From: Arenicellales bacterium
Lineage (GTDB): Bacteria; Pseudomonadota; Gammaproteobacteria; Arenicellales; JAOTWM01
Length of the DNA stretch: 55,345 nucleotides
Direction of reading: 5' to 3'
Assembly (NCBI GenBank): GCA_964194565.1
Contig: CAXMMZ010000129.1
Location: forward strand, 1 to 55,345
In this document: in pieces, positions 39,142-48,920 of the stretch
How the letters are laid out: the number at the start of each line of letters is the position of its first letter
Numbering within the stretch: position 1 is the stretch's first letter
Notes under the pieces: model-generated
Database searches by the model: none
Seen by the model: the letters and a program-made list of their open reading frames with translations, nothing else
What the model was told of the DNA's origin: nothing
Translations under genes and position numbers: made by a program

Positions 39142-40866
39142 ATGGAATTTCAACGCATCATATTATTCGCCGGATTGGGTTTGGTGTTGCTGATGTTATG
39201 GCAGAACTGGCAAGCCTATCAGCGAGAAAAATCGGAACCCGGCACGGTAACGTCGCCAGCCGCTGGCGGCGAATCGGCGATACCGTCTGCTCCAGTAGCG
39301 CCGCCAACGACCACTAACAATGGCAGTGGCGAGGTGCCACAAGCCCCAAACGTGATCACGGGCGAAACGCCAATCCTGCAACCCGCAACGGCTGCCGGAT
39401 TGGAATCGGCACAGATAATCGTCGTGGAAACCGACCTCATCCGCGTCGAAATCGATACCTTTGGCGGCGATCTACGCAGCGTAGAATTGTTGCAACACCC
39501 GGTCAGCGTCGATACACCGGATCAGCCCTTTGCGCTACTGAAAGACGACGGCATCGATATATTTGTCGGCCAAAGCGGCCTGATCGGTACCGCGGGTCAA
39601 TTCCCCAATCATCAAACTCTGTACAGCGCAGATGCCGATCATTACCAGCTTAACGCAGGCGACGACACGCTTCAGGTACCGCTACATTGGTCATCGACCG
39701 ATGGCGTGAACTATCGCAAGGTCTTTGTTTTCGGGCGCGATAGCTACGAGATCGAAATTCGCTACGACGTCGATAATCAATCCGGCTCGGTATGGGAGGG
39801 ATTTCTGTACGCGCAGTTTCTGCGCACCCAGGTGGTTGAAGACAACGGCGGCTTCTTTTTTATGCGAGCGCTGCCGAGCTACAAAGGCGGAGCGATCTAT
39901 ACGCCGAATGAACACTACGAAAAGATCGATTTCGAAGACATGTTTGAGCAAGCCCTCGAACGCGTGGTGGACTCCGGCTGGGTGGCGATGCTGCAACATT
40001 ATTTCGTCGCTGCTTGGGTGCTTGCGCCGGGTGGTTCATACGAAATTTTTTCACGGGTGGATAAGAAATCCGGGGCGCCGCGATACAACATCGGCTACAA
40101 GACGCTGTTGCCGGAGAGAGTCGTGCCCGGTGCCATCGGCAGTTTGAGTTCATTGATATACGCCGGCCCCAAGGAACAAGACCGGCTCGTGCAACCTGCA
40201 GAAAGTTTGGTGCTGACAGTAGATTATGGTTGGTTGACGCCGGTATCGTCGCCGTTGTTCGCGGTGTTGCGGTTTATTCATGGCGTGGTGGGCAATTGGG
40301 GATGGTCCATTATCTTGCTGACCCTGCTTATCAAGCTGCTTTTTTATCCGCTGTCCGCCGCTAGCTACAAATCCATGGCGAAGATGAAACAACTGCAACC
40401 GCGCTTGAAGACGCTGCGCGAACGGTTTGGTGACGATAAGCAGAAGCTCAATCAGGCCATGATGGAGATGTACAAAAAGGACAAGATCAACCCGCTAGGC
40501 GGGTGCTTGCCGATCGTGATCCAAATACCCGTGTTCATTGCGCTGTATTGGGTGTTGCTGGAAAGCGTGGAACTGCGCCAGGCTGATTTCGCGTTGTGGC
40601 TTAATGATTTGTCATTACCGGATCCGTTTTATGTTCTGCCGATCATAATGGGCGTATCGATGTTCGCTCAGCAATTGCTGAATCCGGCGCCGCTGGATCC
40701 GGTGCAAAAAAACATAATGATGGCGTTGCCCGTGGTGTTTACGGTGTTTTTCCTCTGGTTTCCGGCTGGGTTGGTATTGTATTGGGTCGTCAATAATATC
40801 CTTTCTATCGCCCAGCAGTGGCACATCACGCGAAGCTTGCAAGCGAAATCCGCGAAATCCGGGTGA
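39142..40866 (+). CDS. yidC: Membrane protein insertase YidC
   Basis: QHYF, VDYGW, NWGWSII, NPLGGCLP, PAGLVLYW. Confidence 0.98.
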   Translation: MEFQRIILFAGLGLVLLMLWQNWQAYQREKSEPGTVTSPAAGGESAIPSAPVAPPTTTNNGSGEVPQAPNVITGETPILQPATAAGLESAQIIVVETDLIRVEIDTFGGDLRSVELLQHPVSVDTPDQPFALLKDDGIDIFVGQSGLIGTAGQFPNHQTLYSADADHYQLNAGDDTLQVPLHWSSTDGVNYRKVFVFGRDSYEIEIRYDVDNQSGSVWEGFLYAQFLRTQVVEDNGGFFFMRALPSYKGGAIYTPNEHYEKIDFEDMFEQALERVVDSGWVAMLQHYFVAAWVLAPGGSYEIFSRVDKKSGAPRYNIGYKTLLPERVVPGAIGSLSSLIYAGPKEQDRLVQPAESLVLTVDYGWLTPVSSPLFAVLRFIHGVVGNWGWSIILLTLLIKLLFYPLSAASYKSMAKMKQLQPRLKTLRERFGDDKQKLNQAMMEMYKKDKINPLGGCLPIVIQIPVFIALYWVLLESVELRQADFALWLNDLSLPDPFYVLPIIMGVSMFAQQLLNPAPLDPVQKNIMMALPVVFTVFFLWFPAGLVLYWVVNNILSIAQQWHITRSLQAKSAKSG

Positions 40867-41006
40867 TGCCGTGCGCACTGCGCCATCGACAATGCGATTC
40901 GTTTACACTGGTCGGCGCCGCGCGTCTTAATCGATTGTGGCGGTCGCTGCATGGGCATCCGGGGTCACACAATCGGTTATAGCTGGCCATCCTGCGTGCT
41001 GCAAAG

Positions 41007-42356
41007 ATGATGCCTAACCCGACGCCGAACGGTGTCGATACCATCGTGGCTGTCGCCACTCCCCCTGGCCGCGGCGGAATCGGCATCGTACGGATTTCCG
41101 GGCCAGCCAGTGTAGCGATGGCGCGAGCCATTGTCGGTAACGAACCTACCCCACGACATGCCCACTACGGCCCCTTTCATGGCCCCGACGGCGCGCCGCT
41201 CGACAACGGGGTCGCAATCTTTTTCGCGGCCCCCGACTCCTATACCGGAGAAGACGTCCTCGAGCTACACGGCCACGGTAGCCCAGTCGTTCTCGATCTG
41301 TTGGTGTCGAGTATCGTTGGCCGTGGCGCGCGCCTCGCGCGTCCTGGCGAGTTCACCGAACGCGCATTCCTGAATGACAAGATGGATCTCGTCCAGGCTG
41401 AGGCCGTCGCGGATTTGATCAACAGCGGTTCCGAACAAGCGGCGCGCGCCGCGTTGCGCTCGCTTGAGGGAGGACTGTCGTCGCCGCTGCACACGGTGAG
41501 TGCGGAACTCGCGGAGCTGCGGGTGCTGATGGAAGCGGCTATCGATTTTCCCGAAGAAGAATTGGACGTAATTGCGCGCCACGATTTACGCGCGCGCGCG
41601 GCCGAGTTGGGCGCGTCGCTCAAGGCGTTACTGGCCAACGCGAGCCAAGGTCAGATTTTGCGGGATGGGCTGCGAGTGGTTTTGGCAGGCGCGCCGAACG
41701 CCGGCAAGTCGAGCCTGCTGAACGCGCTACTCCAAGCGGATCGCGCTATCGTTAACGCCGTACCCGGAACCACGCGCGATCTACTTGAACACACGATGCA
41801 CATCGACGGAATGCCGGTGCAGGTCATCGATACGGCGGGCTTGCGAGATAGCGTCGATGCCGTTGAGGCCGAAGGTATGCGCCGCGCCCGGCAAGCGATG
41901 GAACAAGCGGACTGCGTGCTGCTGGTGGTCGACGATACCACTTTGACCCCGCTCGAGACGTTGCGCCAGCAAATACCGGCCACAGTAATGACGGTCGTCG
42001 TCTATAACAAGATAGATATCAGTGGCCGCGCCCCTGGCGCTGGCGGCGACCACATCGCACTGTCGGCGCTGACGTCGCGGGGCGTGGCTGAGCTTCGCTT
42101 GCACCTTAAGCAATGCGCCGGTTACCAAGGTGGCGACGCATCGCTATACAGTGCACGCCGGCGCCATATCGACGCTATCCAACGCGCCACCGCACACATT
42201 GAGGACGCGTTGGGACAGCTCGGTGCCGTCGCTGCGGCGGAACTGGCCGCCGAGGAACTACGCCTAGCCCAACACGAACTGGGGCAAATCACCGGTGAAG
42301 TCAGCAGCGACGACTTGTTGGGACAAATATTCTCAACGTTTTGTATCGGAAAATAG
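41007..42356 (+). CDS. mnmE: tRNA modification GTPase MnmE
   Basis: DTI.A.ATP.G.GG, GAPNAGKSS, GTTRD, DTAG, NKID, FCIGK. Confidence 0.98.
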   Translation: MMPNPTPNGVDTIVAVATPPGRGGIGIVRISGPASVAMARAIVGNEPTPRHAHYGPFHGPDGAPLDNGVAIFFAAPDSYTGEDVLELHGHGSPVVLDLLVSSIVGRGARLARPGEFTERAFLNDKMDLVQAEAVADLINSGSEQAARAALRSLEGGLSSPLHTVSAELAELRVLMEAAIDFPEEELDVIARHDLRARAAELGASLKALLANASQGQILRDGLRVVLAGAPNAGKSSLLNALLQADRAIVNAVPGTTRDLLEHTMHIDGMPVQVIDTAGLRDSVDAVEAEGMRRARQAMEQADCVLLVVDDTTLTPLETLRQQIPATVMTVVVYNKIDISGRAPGAGGDHIALSALTSRGVAELRLHLKQCAGYQGGDASLYSARRRHIDAIQRATAHIEDALGQLGAVAAAELAAEELRLAQHELGQITGEVSSDDLLGQIFSTFCIGK

Positions 42357-42491
42357 CGCTGCGTCGCAATCTTGCGATGCGTCGCTGGCATCGTATTTGA
42401 ATTCTGTTAAAGTCCTGCACTGTCGCGTAGCTCGACCCGGCACCGACCACGGCGCCGCCCACCAAAGCATATCGAGAGGACAGCACAAGCC

Positions 42492-43427
42492 ATGAGCCTA
42501 CTATCACCGGGGCGCATCCGCAGCCGCCACATTTTGCTACGCATGATTATCGTCGGCGTAATAGGTCTCGCAGTATTGTTCTGGCAGCGCGACTTTTTAG
42601 TTCAAGTCTACGTCGAAAATCAGATCACCCGTGTCGGCTGGGCTATAAACGGTATGATCATGGTTTTGTTTATCGCGGGTATGATACGTTTGGTGTTGTT
42701 GTTCTTGCGTTACGGCCGTGAGGAGGAAGCGCTAAATCGATTTGTTGTCAATTTGCAGCGCGCCCTCGATCCGGCACAGGGCGTTGCCACTGACACTATC
42801 ATCGGCCATCGACATAGGACTTTGGTGGATCTGCACGCCAAACGTGCCGCCATCAATCACAGCGCCTTAGCCGCGACACTGTTGGGTGCTGAATCGAGCC
42901 AGCTTAGTTTCCCGAGATTCATCAATAATATACTGATCCTGACTGGCGTTTTGGGCACTATCGTATCATTGTCGATCGCGTTATTGGGTGCGTCCGATAT
43001 GATCGGTGGCGCGTCGGAGATTGGCGGGTTGGGGAAAATTATCCACGGCATGTCGACCGCATTGTCGACGACCATGACGGCGATCGTTACGTATTTGGTG
43101 TTCGGCTACTTTTACCTGAAGCTTAACGATACGTTGACGTATCTAATGAGCCGAATCGAGCACGTCTCCGCAACCGTGTTGGTGCCGCGCTACCAAACCC
43201 AGGAAGAGTCGATTGTTCAAGACTACACATACCTGATCCGCACCGCCGTAGCGGTTACCGAGCGCTTCGACGAAGCCCAACAAAAATTCACCACATTGGT
43301 GGAGAATCTCGAGCAGACCCTCAATACCTACCGCGAAGAAATGCGGCACAGTAACGATAGTGTTACTGAAATCCGCCGCTTGCTAAGAGCCGGCTTCCGC
43401 TTACCGGATGGAGGCGCCGATCAATGA
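42492..43427 (+). CDS. MotA/TolQ/ExbB-like ion-channel subunit (4 TM)
   Basis: Two N-terminal TMs, LILTGVLGTIVSL and GMSTALSTT pore-helix motifs, helical C-terminal tail. Confidence 0.78.
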   Translation: MSLLSPGRIRSRHILLRMIIVGVIGLAVLFWQRDFLVQVYVENQITRVGWAINGMIMVLFIAGMIRLVLLFLRYGREEEALNRFVVNLQRALDPAQGVATDTIIGHRHRTLVDLHAKRAAINHSALAATLLGAESSQLSFPRFINNILILTGVLGTIVSLSIALLGASDMIGGASEIGGLGKIIHGMSTALSTTMTAIVTYLVFGYFYLKLNDTLTYLMSRIEHVSATVLVPRYQTQEESIVQDYTYLIRTAVAVTERFDEAQQKFTTLVENLEQTLNTYREEMRHSNDSVTEIRRLLRAGFRLPDGGADQ

Positions 43428-44557
43428 GTTCGACGGAAGGATTCGTCGATCTCAGGGCGCATAACCTGTCGCAGAGCAGCTATAACGACGACAGCGTATG
43501 GCCATCGTTTACCGACATCATGACCGTCGTGGTGATGATATTCTTGATGGCGTTGGTGGTGATTTTGCTGCGCAACGTCGAGCTCGTGCAACAACTTCGC
43601 GCAACGATGGAAGCCGAGCGCGCGGTTGCCCAACAGAAGGAAACCTTGGCATCCCGTATCGGCAAGCTGGAACGCTATATCTCCGAGTTGCGCCTGAACC
43701 TGATGCAGACCGAAGAGGATAAACGTCAAGCGGCCGTCACCATCACCGCTCGCGAAGGGACGATCACTGCGCTACAGGCCGATATCGGTGCCCTTGAGGC
43801 ACTGCGCCAACGCTTAATCGACGAAAACAGCAAACTCGCCGAACAACGCTCCCAGCTTGGTGAAGATTTGCAATCTGAGCGTGATGCGAAACAAGCGCTG
43901 CAAGCGCAACAGTTAGCGCTGAGCAGCGAATTGGATGTGGCGAGAGAGCATAGTGAATCCCTCGCTACCGATAACATCGCGTTGTGGGAGCAAATTGATA
44001 CGCTGCGACGCGAGGGCGAGACGCTGCGGGACGAGAAACGAATATTGGAGGACGATAGATCCGCGTTGCTGGAGGAGACGGCCAAACTCGTTAGCGAAAC
44101 GGAAATATTGCAGGATATACAAGAGCAACTTCAGGTCGACCGATCCGCGCTCGTAGAGCGCCTCGAGCTCAGCGAACAAGAGTTCAGCAAGATCGAACAG
44201 TCTTATGCCGCGCGTGGCGAGAAATTATCGACACTGGACACGGAGTTTTCGGAATTAAAAACCAAATATGATCGCCTCATCCGCCCGGCGCGAAGCGCGG
44301 ACGGTCGCTATGTCGTGGAAATTCGTTATGTGAAACGCGGCGCTGTATTTTTATTGGAGGTGCGCGAACCCGATAATGTTGAATTCCGCGCCGTGAGTCG
44401 CGCCGAACTCGATCGTCGCCTCGCGGTTTTGCAGCAACGCGATCCGGCAAGGCTCTATACCAAGATCGTGATCCCGGAGGACAGTGGCCTGTCCTACAAC
44501 GAAGCCTGGAATTTCACATTCGATATTTTGCAACGTTACGACTATTACTATCGGTAG
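43424..44557 (+). CDS. MotB-like single-TM protein with a long coiled coil and no OmpA domain
   Basis: VWPSFTDIMTVVVMIFL TM with Asp31; ~230 aa heptad-rich region; ATGA overlap with the upstream gene. Confidence 0.72.
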   Translation: MSSTEGFVDLRAHNLSQSSYNDDSVWPSFTDIMTVVVMIFLMALVVILLRNVELVQQLRATMEAERAVAQQKETLASRIGKLERYISELRLNLMQTEEDKRQAAVTITAREGTITALQADIGALEALRQRLIDENSKLAEQRSQLGEDLQSERDAKQALQAQQLALSSELDVAREHSESLATDNIALWEQIDTLRREGETLRDEKRILEDDRSALLEETAKLVSETEILQDIQEQLQVDRSALVERLELSEQEFSKIEQSYAARGEKLSTLDTEFSELKTKYDRLIRPARSADGRYVVEIRYVKRGAVFLLEVREPDNVEFRAVSRAELDRRLAVLQQRDPARLYTKIVIPEDSGLSYNEAWNFTFDILQRYDYYYR

Positions 44558-44649
44558 TAGGATCGTCCGGACAGTCCAATGTCTACGCCCAAAACCGGGC
44601 GGTTCTGGCTCTTAGATCCATTGGCGCGGAATTGGCCCGGGGATTTGGG

Positions 44650-46674
44650 TTAAGCATCGGCACTTCGGGCCGGTCGGAATTGTCGAATTTGACGGCGCAA
44701 TGCGGGTAGTGCTGCTAAACGATTTCGATAGCGCACATCCACGTAGGTCGAGGTGATGCGCCGTACCTCGCTGTCCAAGTCCGGGCGCTGGCGTGAGACA
44801 CGTTGCGCAAAGTCCCACGGCCCCTCGTAGCCGGCACGCTCAAGGCCGAGTCGGGCCAATTTCGCACAGAATCGACGATACCAGGCCACTACAGGGTCCC
44901 GATGCCGGCGCGGTTGCAGCATCACGGCCGCCATTATCAATAACAGCAGTGCGACCACGAGCACCAAGGTTCCGGTAAGCACAATCCAAGCCGGGGCCTT
45001 TATGCCAAACGCGCGTAGCCATTCGCGTTGCTGATCGACGTCGTAATCTAATACCAACTGGTTCCAGGTATTGTTGAGGAAGTCCAAATAGAACCCCGTT
45101 TCGCGAAAGCCTCGTTGCCACCAACTCGACTGCGCCGCCGCCAGTGCGTCGTCCACGTCTAGCACGCCGAAAGCTTGACCGTTTTGCGCCATACGGTTCA
45201 GCACTGAAAATCCCAACTCAACACGTTCCGGCGCCACGGCGGCGGTCGGGTCAGCACGTTGCCAACCGCGCCCGGGTAACCATACCTCGGCCCAGGCGTG
45301 CGCATCGTATCCGCGAACTACCATGTAGTTCCCGGCCGAATTCCATTCGCCGCCTTGATAGCCGACCACCAGGCGGCTCGGCACGTCGGCCATACGCATC
45401 AGCGTGACGAACGACGTTGCGAAGTATTCACAATAGCCGCGGCGTGTTTCAAACAAAAACTCATCGACTGGATTGTTGCCGATATCGCCGGGACTCAAGG
45501 TATAAAAAAACGGCTCCTCGCGAAAATAATTTAAGCTCAATTGCACCAACGCTGCCGGGGTTTGTGCGGTAGCACGCCAATCGTCAACGAGTTGCTGCAT
45601 GCGTGGCGTCGGTGCTTTGGCCAGATGGAGTCCCCAGAAGCGCTGGTCGCGGCTCAATGCGCCGGTTCGGTAGTCCAGATGGGATCGCACTTGATAACGA
45701 AAACGCTTGCGAATCTTACGCTTGGCCTCGACGACATAACCTGCACGCCGACGCGCCATCGCGGGCGTAACGGTAGGCAACTCTAATGCCACCAACCAGC
45801 GTTGGTTATGGGGTTCCAACGTGACATTGTAATTAACCTCGCGACCCCGCTCGCGGATCGCCTCAGGTACCGGGTCATCGTCAAGGTCGTTGCGCCGAGT
45901 CCAGACGCGACCGTCGGTGTCTTCCAATACCAGCGCCCGCCAATACAGATCGCGGTTAGCGGGCGGCTCGCCATCGAATTCGACGCGAAACGCAACACGG
46001 TCATTGGAGATCAATTGGTGCACCGATCCCATCTGCAGGCGCTCATTCAGGCCGGTCGTGCCATAGGCATCGACCGGGACACCCCACAAACTGCCTTGGA
46101 TGCGTGGGAACAACAAGTACACAATGCACATCAGAGGTATCGATTTAATGAGCAGCCCGCCGGCCAAACGCATACCGCGGGTCAACGGGGTGCCGAGCGC
46201 TTGGTTCAGCTGCACGAGGCACAATGTGGTCAGTGCCACGACCAGTAAGGCATAAGCGCCGACCCATAGTGATTGTGAGTACAGAAACGCTGCGAGCGTC
46301 AAAAAATACAGTAGAAAAACCGTGAGTAAATAATCCCGTAGGCGCCGCAACTCCAATGCTTTCAAGCCGGTCAAACCGAATAACATCGCCACCCCCGGGT
46401 CGCGGCCCAACAACGATTGATGGTGTATATAGACCATCACCACCATGGCGATCGCCAGTAACATACGCACCAACGAACCCGGAGATCGCCAGCCCAAATT
46501 GTCGATCAGATAGCGCCACACGATTAAGCACAGCGCGGCTAATACCATCCACAGGGGAACGTGGACGGCATGCAACGAAAGCACTGCGAGCGTACAGATT
46601 AGGACCAGACTTATCGCTTCGCGAGATGGCATATGGTCCGGTGGCGCCGGATGGCGAAAACCCGGCAGCCTCAT
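44650..46674 (-). CDS. tgpA: TgpA-like transglutaminase (DUF3488 + TGase + DUF4129)
   Basis: Multi-TM N-terminus, LYWR..V, RGYCEYFA, V.GYQGG, DAHAW.EVW, DPT. Confidence 0.88.
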   Translation of the reverse strand: MRLPGFRHPAPPDHMPSREAISLVLICTLAVLSLHAVHVPLWMVLAALCLIVWRYLIDNLGWRSPGSLVRMLLAIAMVVMVYIHHQSLLGRDPGVAMLFGLTGLKALELRRLRDYLLTVFLLYFLTLAAFLYSQSLWVGAYALLVVALTTLCLVQLNQALGTPLTRGMRLAGGLLIKSIPLMCIVYLLFPRIQGSLWGVPVDAYGTTGLNERLQMGSVHQLISNDRVAFRVEFDGEPPANRDLYWRALVLEDTDGRVWTRRNDLDDDPVPEAIRERGREVNYNVTLEPHNQRWLVALELPTVTPAMARRRAGYVVEAKRKIRKRFRYQVRSHLDYRTGALSRDQRFWGLHLAKAPTPRMQQLVDDWRATAQTPAALVQLSLNYFREEPFFYTLSPGDIGNNPVDEFLFETRRGYCEYFATSFVTLMRMADVPSRLVVGYQGGEWNSAGNYMVVRGYDAHAWAEVWLPGRGWQRADPTAAVAPERVELGFSVLNRMAQNGQAFGVLDVDDALAAAQSSWWQRGFRETGFYLDFLNNTWNQLVLDYDVDQQREWLRAFGIKAPAWIVLTGTLVLVVALLLLIMAAVMLQPRRHRDPVVAWYRRFCAKLARLGLERAGYEGPWDFAQRVSRQRPDLDSEVRRITSTYVDVRYRNRLAALPALRRQIRQFRPARSADA

Positions 46675-47591
46675 CGTTCCGACCACAGCGCGAGCGCTTT
46701 CAAACACCGGTGTCGATGGTGTTTACCGTGGTCGGTGCCGATTACCGATCCCGGTAGCCGCAGCCCGTAATTCAGTCCGTTTGATTCGGCGTCTACCACC
46801 CAGCGCGCCAGTTGGCTCAGGCGTGGTTCTGGCTCGAGCTCAGCTAACCGATCCCAGTCCAGCCATACCGTGCCGCCGCCTCCGCCAAATCGCTTCGTCA
46901 ACAGTTCTTGACTGCGCGCCGACGCTTTCCAGTGCACATGCCGCGGTGGGTCACTGGGGTGATACGCGCGCAGACCGATAAAGTCGTCGCCTTCGGCATG
47001 GGCGCCGTCGCTTTGGGTCGTACCGCCGGTGGTGGCGGACATTAACGTGCGGCTACCGTGCGGCCGCGGATACACGAGGCACCGTGCGTTGACGCGGAGC
47101 GATTTTGACCAAGTGTAGAGCAGCCCAACCGGGAACGCGCTCGACACGGCAATCGGGTCTAGGTCCACGTAGCCGCGGTGCCTCGTGCGTTGCTGAAGTT
47201 CAACACTGGTGTTTTCCATAGCGCCGAATTCGAGCCGTTCAGCGCGCTCGCCGCAATGAATCCAGACCCCGGTGCGCGGTTGCGGCGTTTCATTCGCCGC
47301 ATGCAGGTTGAACTTGGCCGATTCCCCAGCAAACACGGGCGCTTGGGCGTGGGCGGTAATTTGGATTCCAGCGACATTGCGATGGGTATATAGCATCGAA
47401 GTAATCGCCATGGCCGCCAACAGGAACGTAAACAGATACGCGAGGCCGTTGTGGTAGTTAAGGGCCATGAGCAGCATCGCCACTAGTGCCATGCAGAAAT
47501 ACAACCCGTAGCGGGTTGGCAACATGTAAAGCTGCCGACGGTCTAAGGTAATGCGCTCGACAGCGGCAGCGCGAACGGTTTTTCCGGCCAT
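46671..47591 (-). CDS. DUF58 domain protein
   Basis: PTR.G, FP.GL, VYP.P, GLR.Y...D....VHWKASAR. Confidence 0.9.
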   Translation of the reverse strand: MAGKTVRAAAVERITLDRRQLYMLPTRYGLYFCMALVAMLLMALNYHNGLAYLFTFLLAAMAITSMLYTHRNVAGIQITAHAQAPVFAGESAKFNLHAANETPQPRTGVWIHCGERAERLEFGAMENTSVELQQRTRHRGYVDLDPIAVSSAFPVGLLYTWSKSLRVNARCLVYPRPHGSRTLMSATTGGTTQSDGAHAEGDDFIGLRAYHPSDPPRHVHWKASARSQELLTKRFGGGGGTVWLDWDRLAELEPEPRLSQLARWVVDAESNGLNYGLRLPGSVIGTDHGKHHRHRCLKALALWSER

Positions 47592-47644
47592 GAATTACTC
47601 AGCGGTTCTCTTAATTGAGCGGCGTGAAAACGACGGAATAACAC

Positions 47645-48613
47645 CTAAGGAATCGGCACCGAACGAATCAACCGATCCACTAAACCGAGCCCGGCGTCGG
47701 TCATGGTGTCTTCGGTGTATTGCAAGCGGTGTCCAAATACGGCGGGCGCAACGGCTTGGACATCCTCTGGTAATACCGTATCACGGTCTTCCAGAAGTGC
47801 CCAGGCCCGGGCCGCGTGGCTAAGCGCGAGGCCGGCGCGCGGCGATAGGCCGTGGACCAACCATGGCGCACCGCGGGTCGCGTGTAGAAGCGCTTGTATG
47901 TAATCCAACAGCGCCGGACTTAATCGGACCATGTCAGCTTTGCGTTGCACGCGACGTAACGTCGAGACCTCGAGCAGCGGATCGACGGAGCTCAACAGCG
48001 TGCGCCGATCGGCGCCTTCCAAGAGTTTACGCTCGGCATCGTGGTCGGGATAACCAATTCCGATCCGCATCAGAAAACGGTCGAGCTGCGATTCCGGCAA
48101 CGGAAAGGTGCCGATCTGATGTTGGGGATTCTGGGTACCGATCACAAAGAACGGCTCCGGCAACGGCAATGTTACTCCTTCCGTGCTGACTTGACGTTCC
48201 TGCATGGCCTCCAGCAGTGCGCTTTGGGCCTTTGGCGTTGCGCGGTTGATTTCGTCGGCCAACACCAACGACGAAAAGATAGGCCCGCGATGAAAGCGGA
48301 ATGTATTGCGTTCGGCATCGAAGATTGACACCCCGATAATGTCGGCCGGTAGCAGATCACTGGTAAACTGAATACGCTTAAAATCCAACCCCAATACTGC
48401 CGCCAGCGTGTGCGCCAAGGTGGTTTTGCCGACCCCTGGAATGTCCTCGATGAGCAAGTGACCGCGCGCGATCAAGCAGCAAAGCGCGAGACGCACCGAG
48501 TGGTCTTTGCCAAGGATAATTTCATTGATTCGATCGATCGCGGTGCGAAGCACTTTGGCGGTGGGAACCGTTACCGTTTCGGCGGCGACTTCGTGTTGAG
48601 ATTTTGAGTTCAT
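47645..48613 (-). CDS. MoxR-family AAA ATPase
   Basis: GHLLIED.PG.GKT, RIQFTSDLLPAD, DEINRA.PK.QSALLEAM, LPESQLDRF. Confidence 0.95.
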   Translation of the reverse strand: MNSKSQHEVAAETVTVPTAKVLRTAIDRINEIILGKDHSVRLALCCLIARGHLLIEDIPGVGKTTLAHTLAAVLGLDFKRIQFTSDLLPADIIGVSIFDAERNTFRFHRGPIFSSLVLADEINRATPKAQSALLEAMQERQVSTEGVTLPLPEPFFVIGTQNPQHQIGTFPLPESQLDRFLMRIGIGYPDHDAERKLLEGADRRTLLSSVDPLLEVSTLRRVQRKADMVRLSPALLDYIQALLHATRGAPWLVHGLSPRAGLALSHAARAWALLEDRDTVLPEDVQAVAPAVFGHRLQYTEDTMTDAGLGLVDRLIRSVPIP

Positions 48614-48920
48614 TAATGTCTGGACACGCAAGGTGATAGTTATATTGCTTATAGTCTATACGCGAATTACCGTAGCGGGTTCCGTTACCGTCGGTTACGC
48701 TTCGCGTGTGACCGAATGTCGCCGCCGCGCCGTGCTCCTACTGCCGATGGTTTCCTTTGGCGTCGTGCCGTATTAATATCGCCGACCCGCGTTAGAACAA
48801 CTGAGTATAGACGATGAGTACGGACTCGATACCCGGCGCTGCGCCGAGACAACCGATCGGTTGCGCACACATAGATGCGCTGGGCTGGGCCGCGCAACGG
48901 GCTACATCGCAAGTATTGCT

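Noticed and set aside
42492-44557. Zorya (zorAB) or flagellar motAB assignment
   Set aside because: The B subunit lacks an OmpA-like domain, the A subunit lacks the very long ZorA tail, and there are no zorC/D/E or flagellar genes nearby
44612-44652. Possible additional MITE relic at the tgpA stop (TTAG...GGATTTGGGTTAA)
   Set aside because: Similarity to the other element ends is too short to distinguish from chance
44650-48613. MoxR-DUF58-transglutaminase operon as a new system
   Set aside because: A recognised, widespread gene trio (TgpA-type locus)
48614-48920. E. coli-style oriC upstream of mnmG
   Set aside because: No DnaA boxes or extended AT-rich repeats seen; a better candidate lies between dnaA and dnaN
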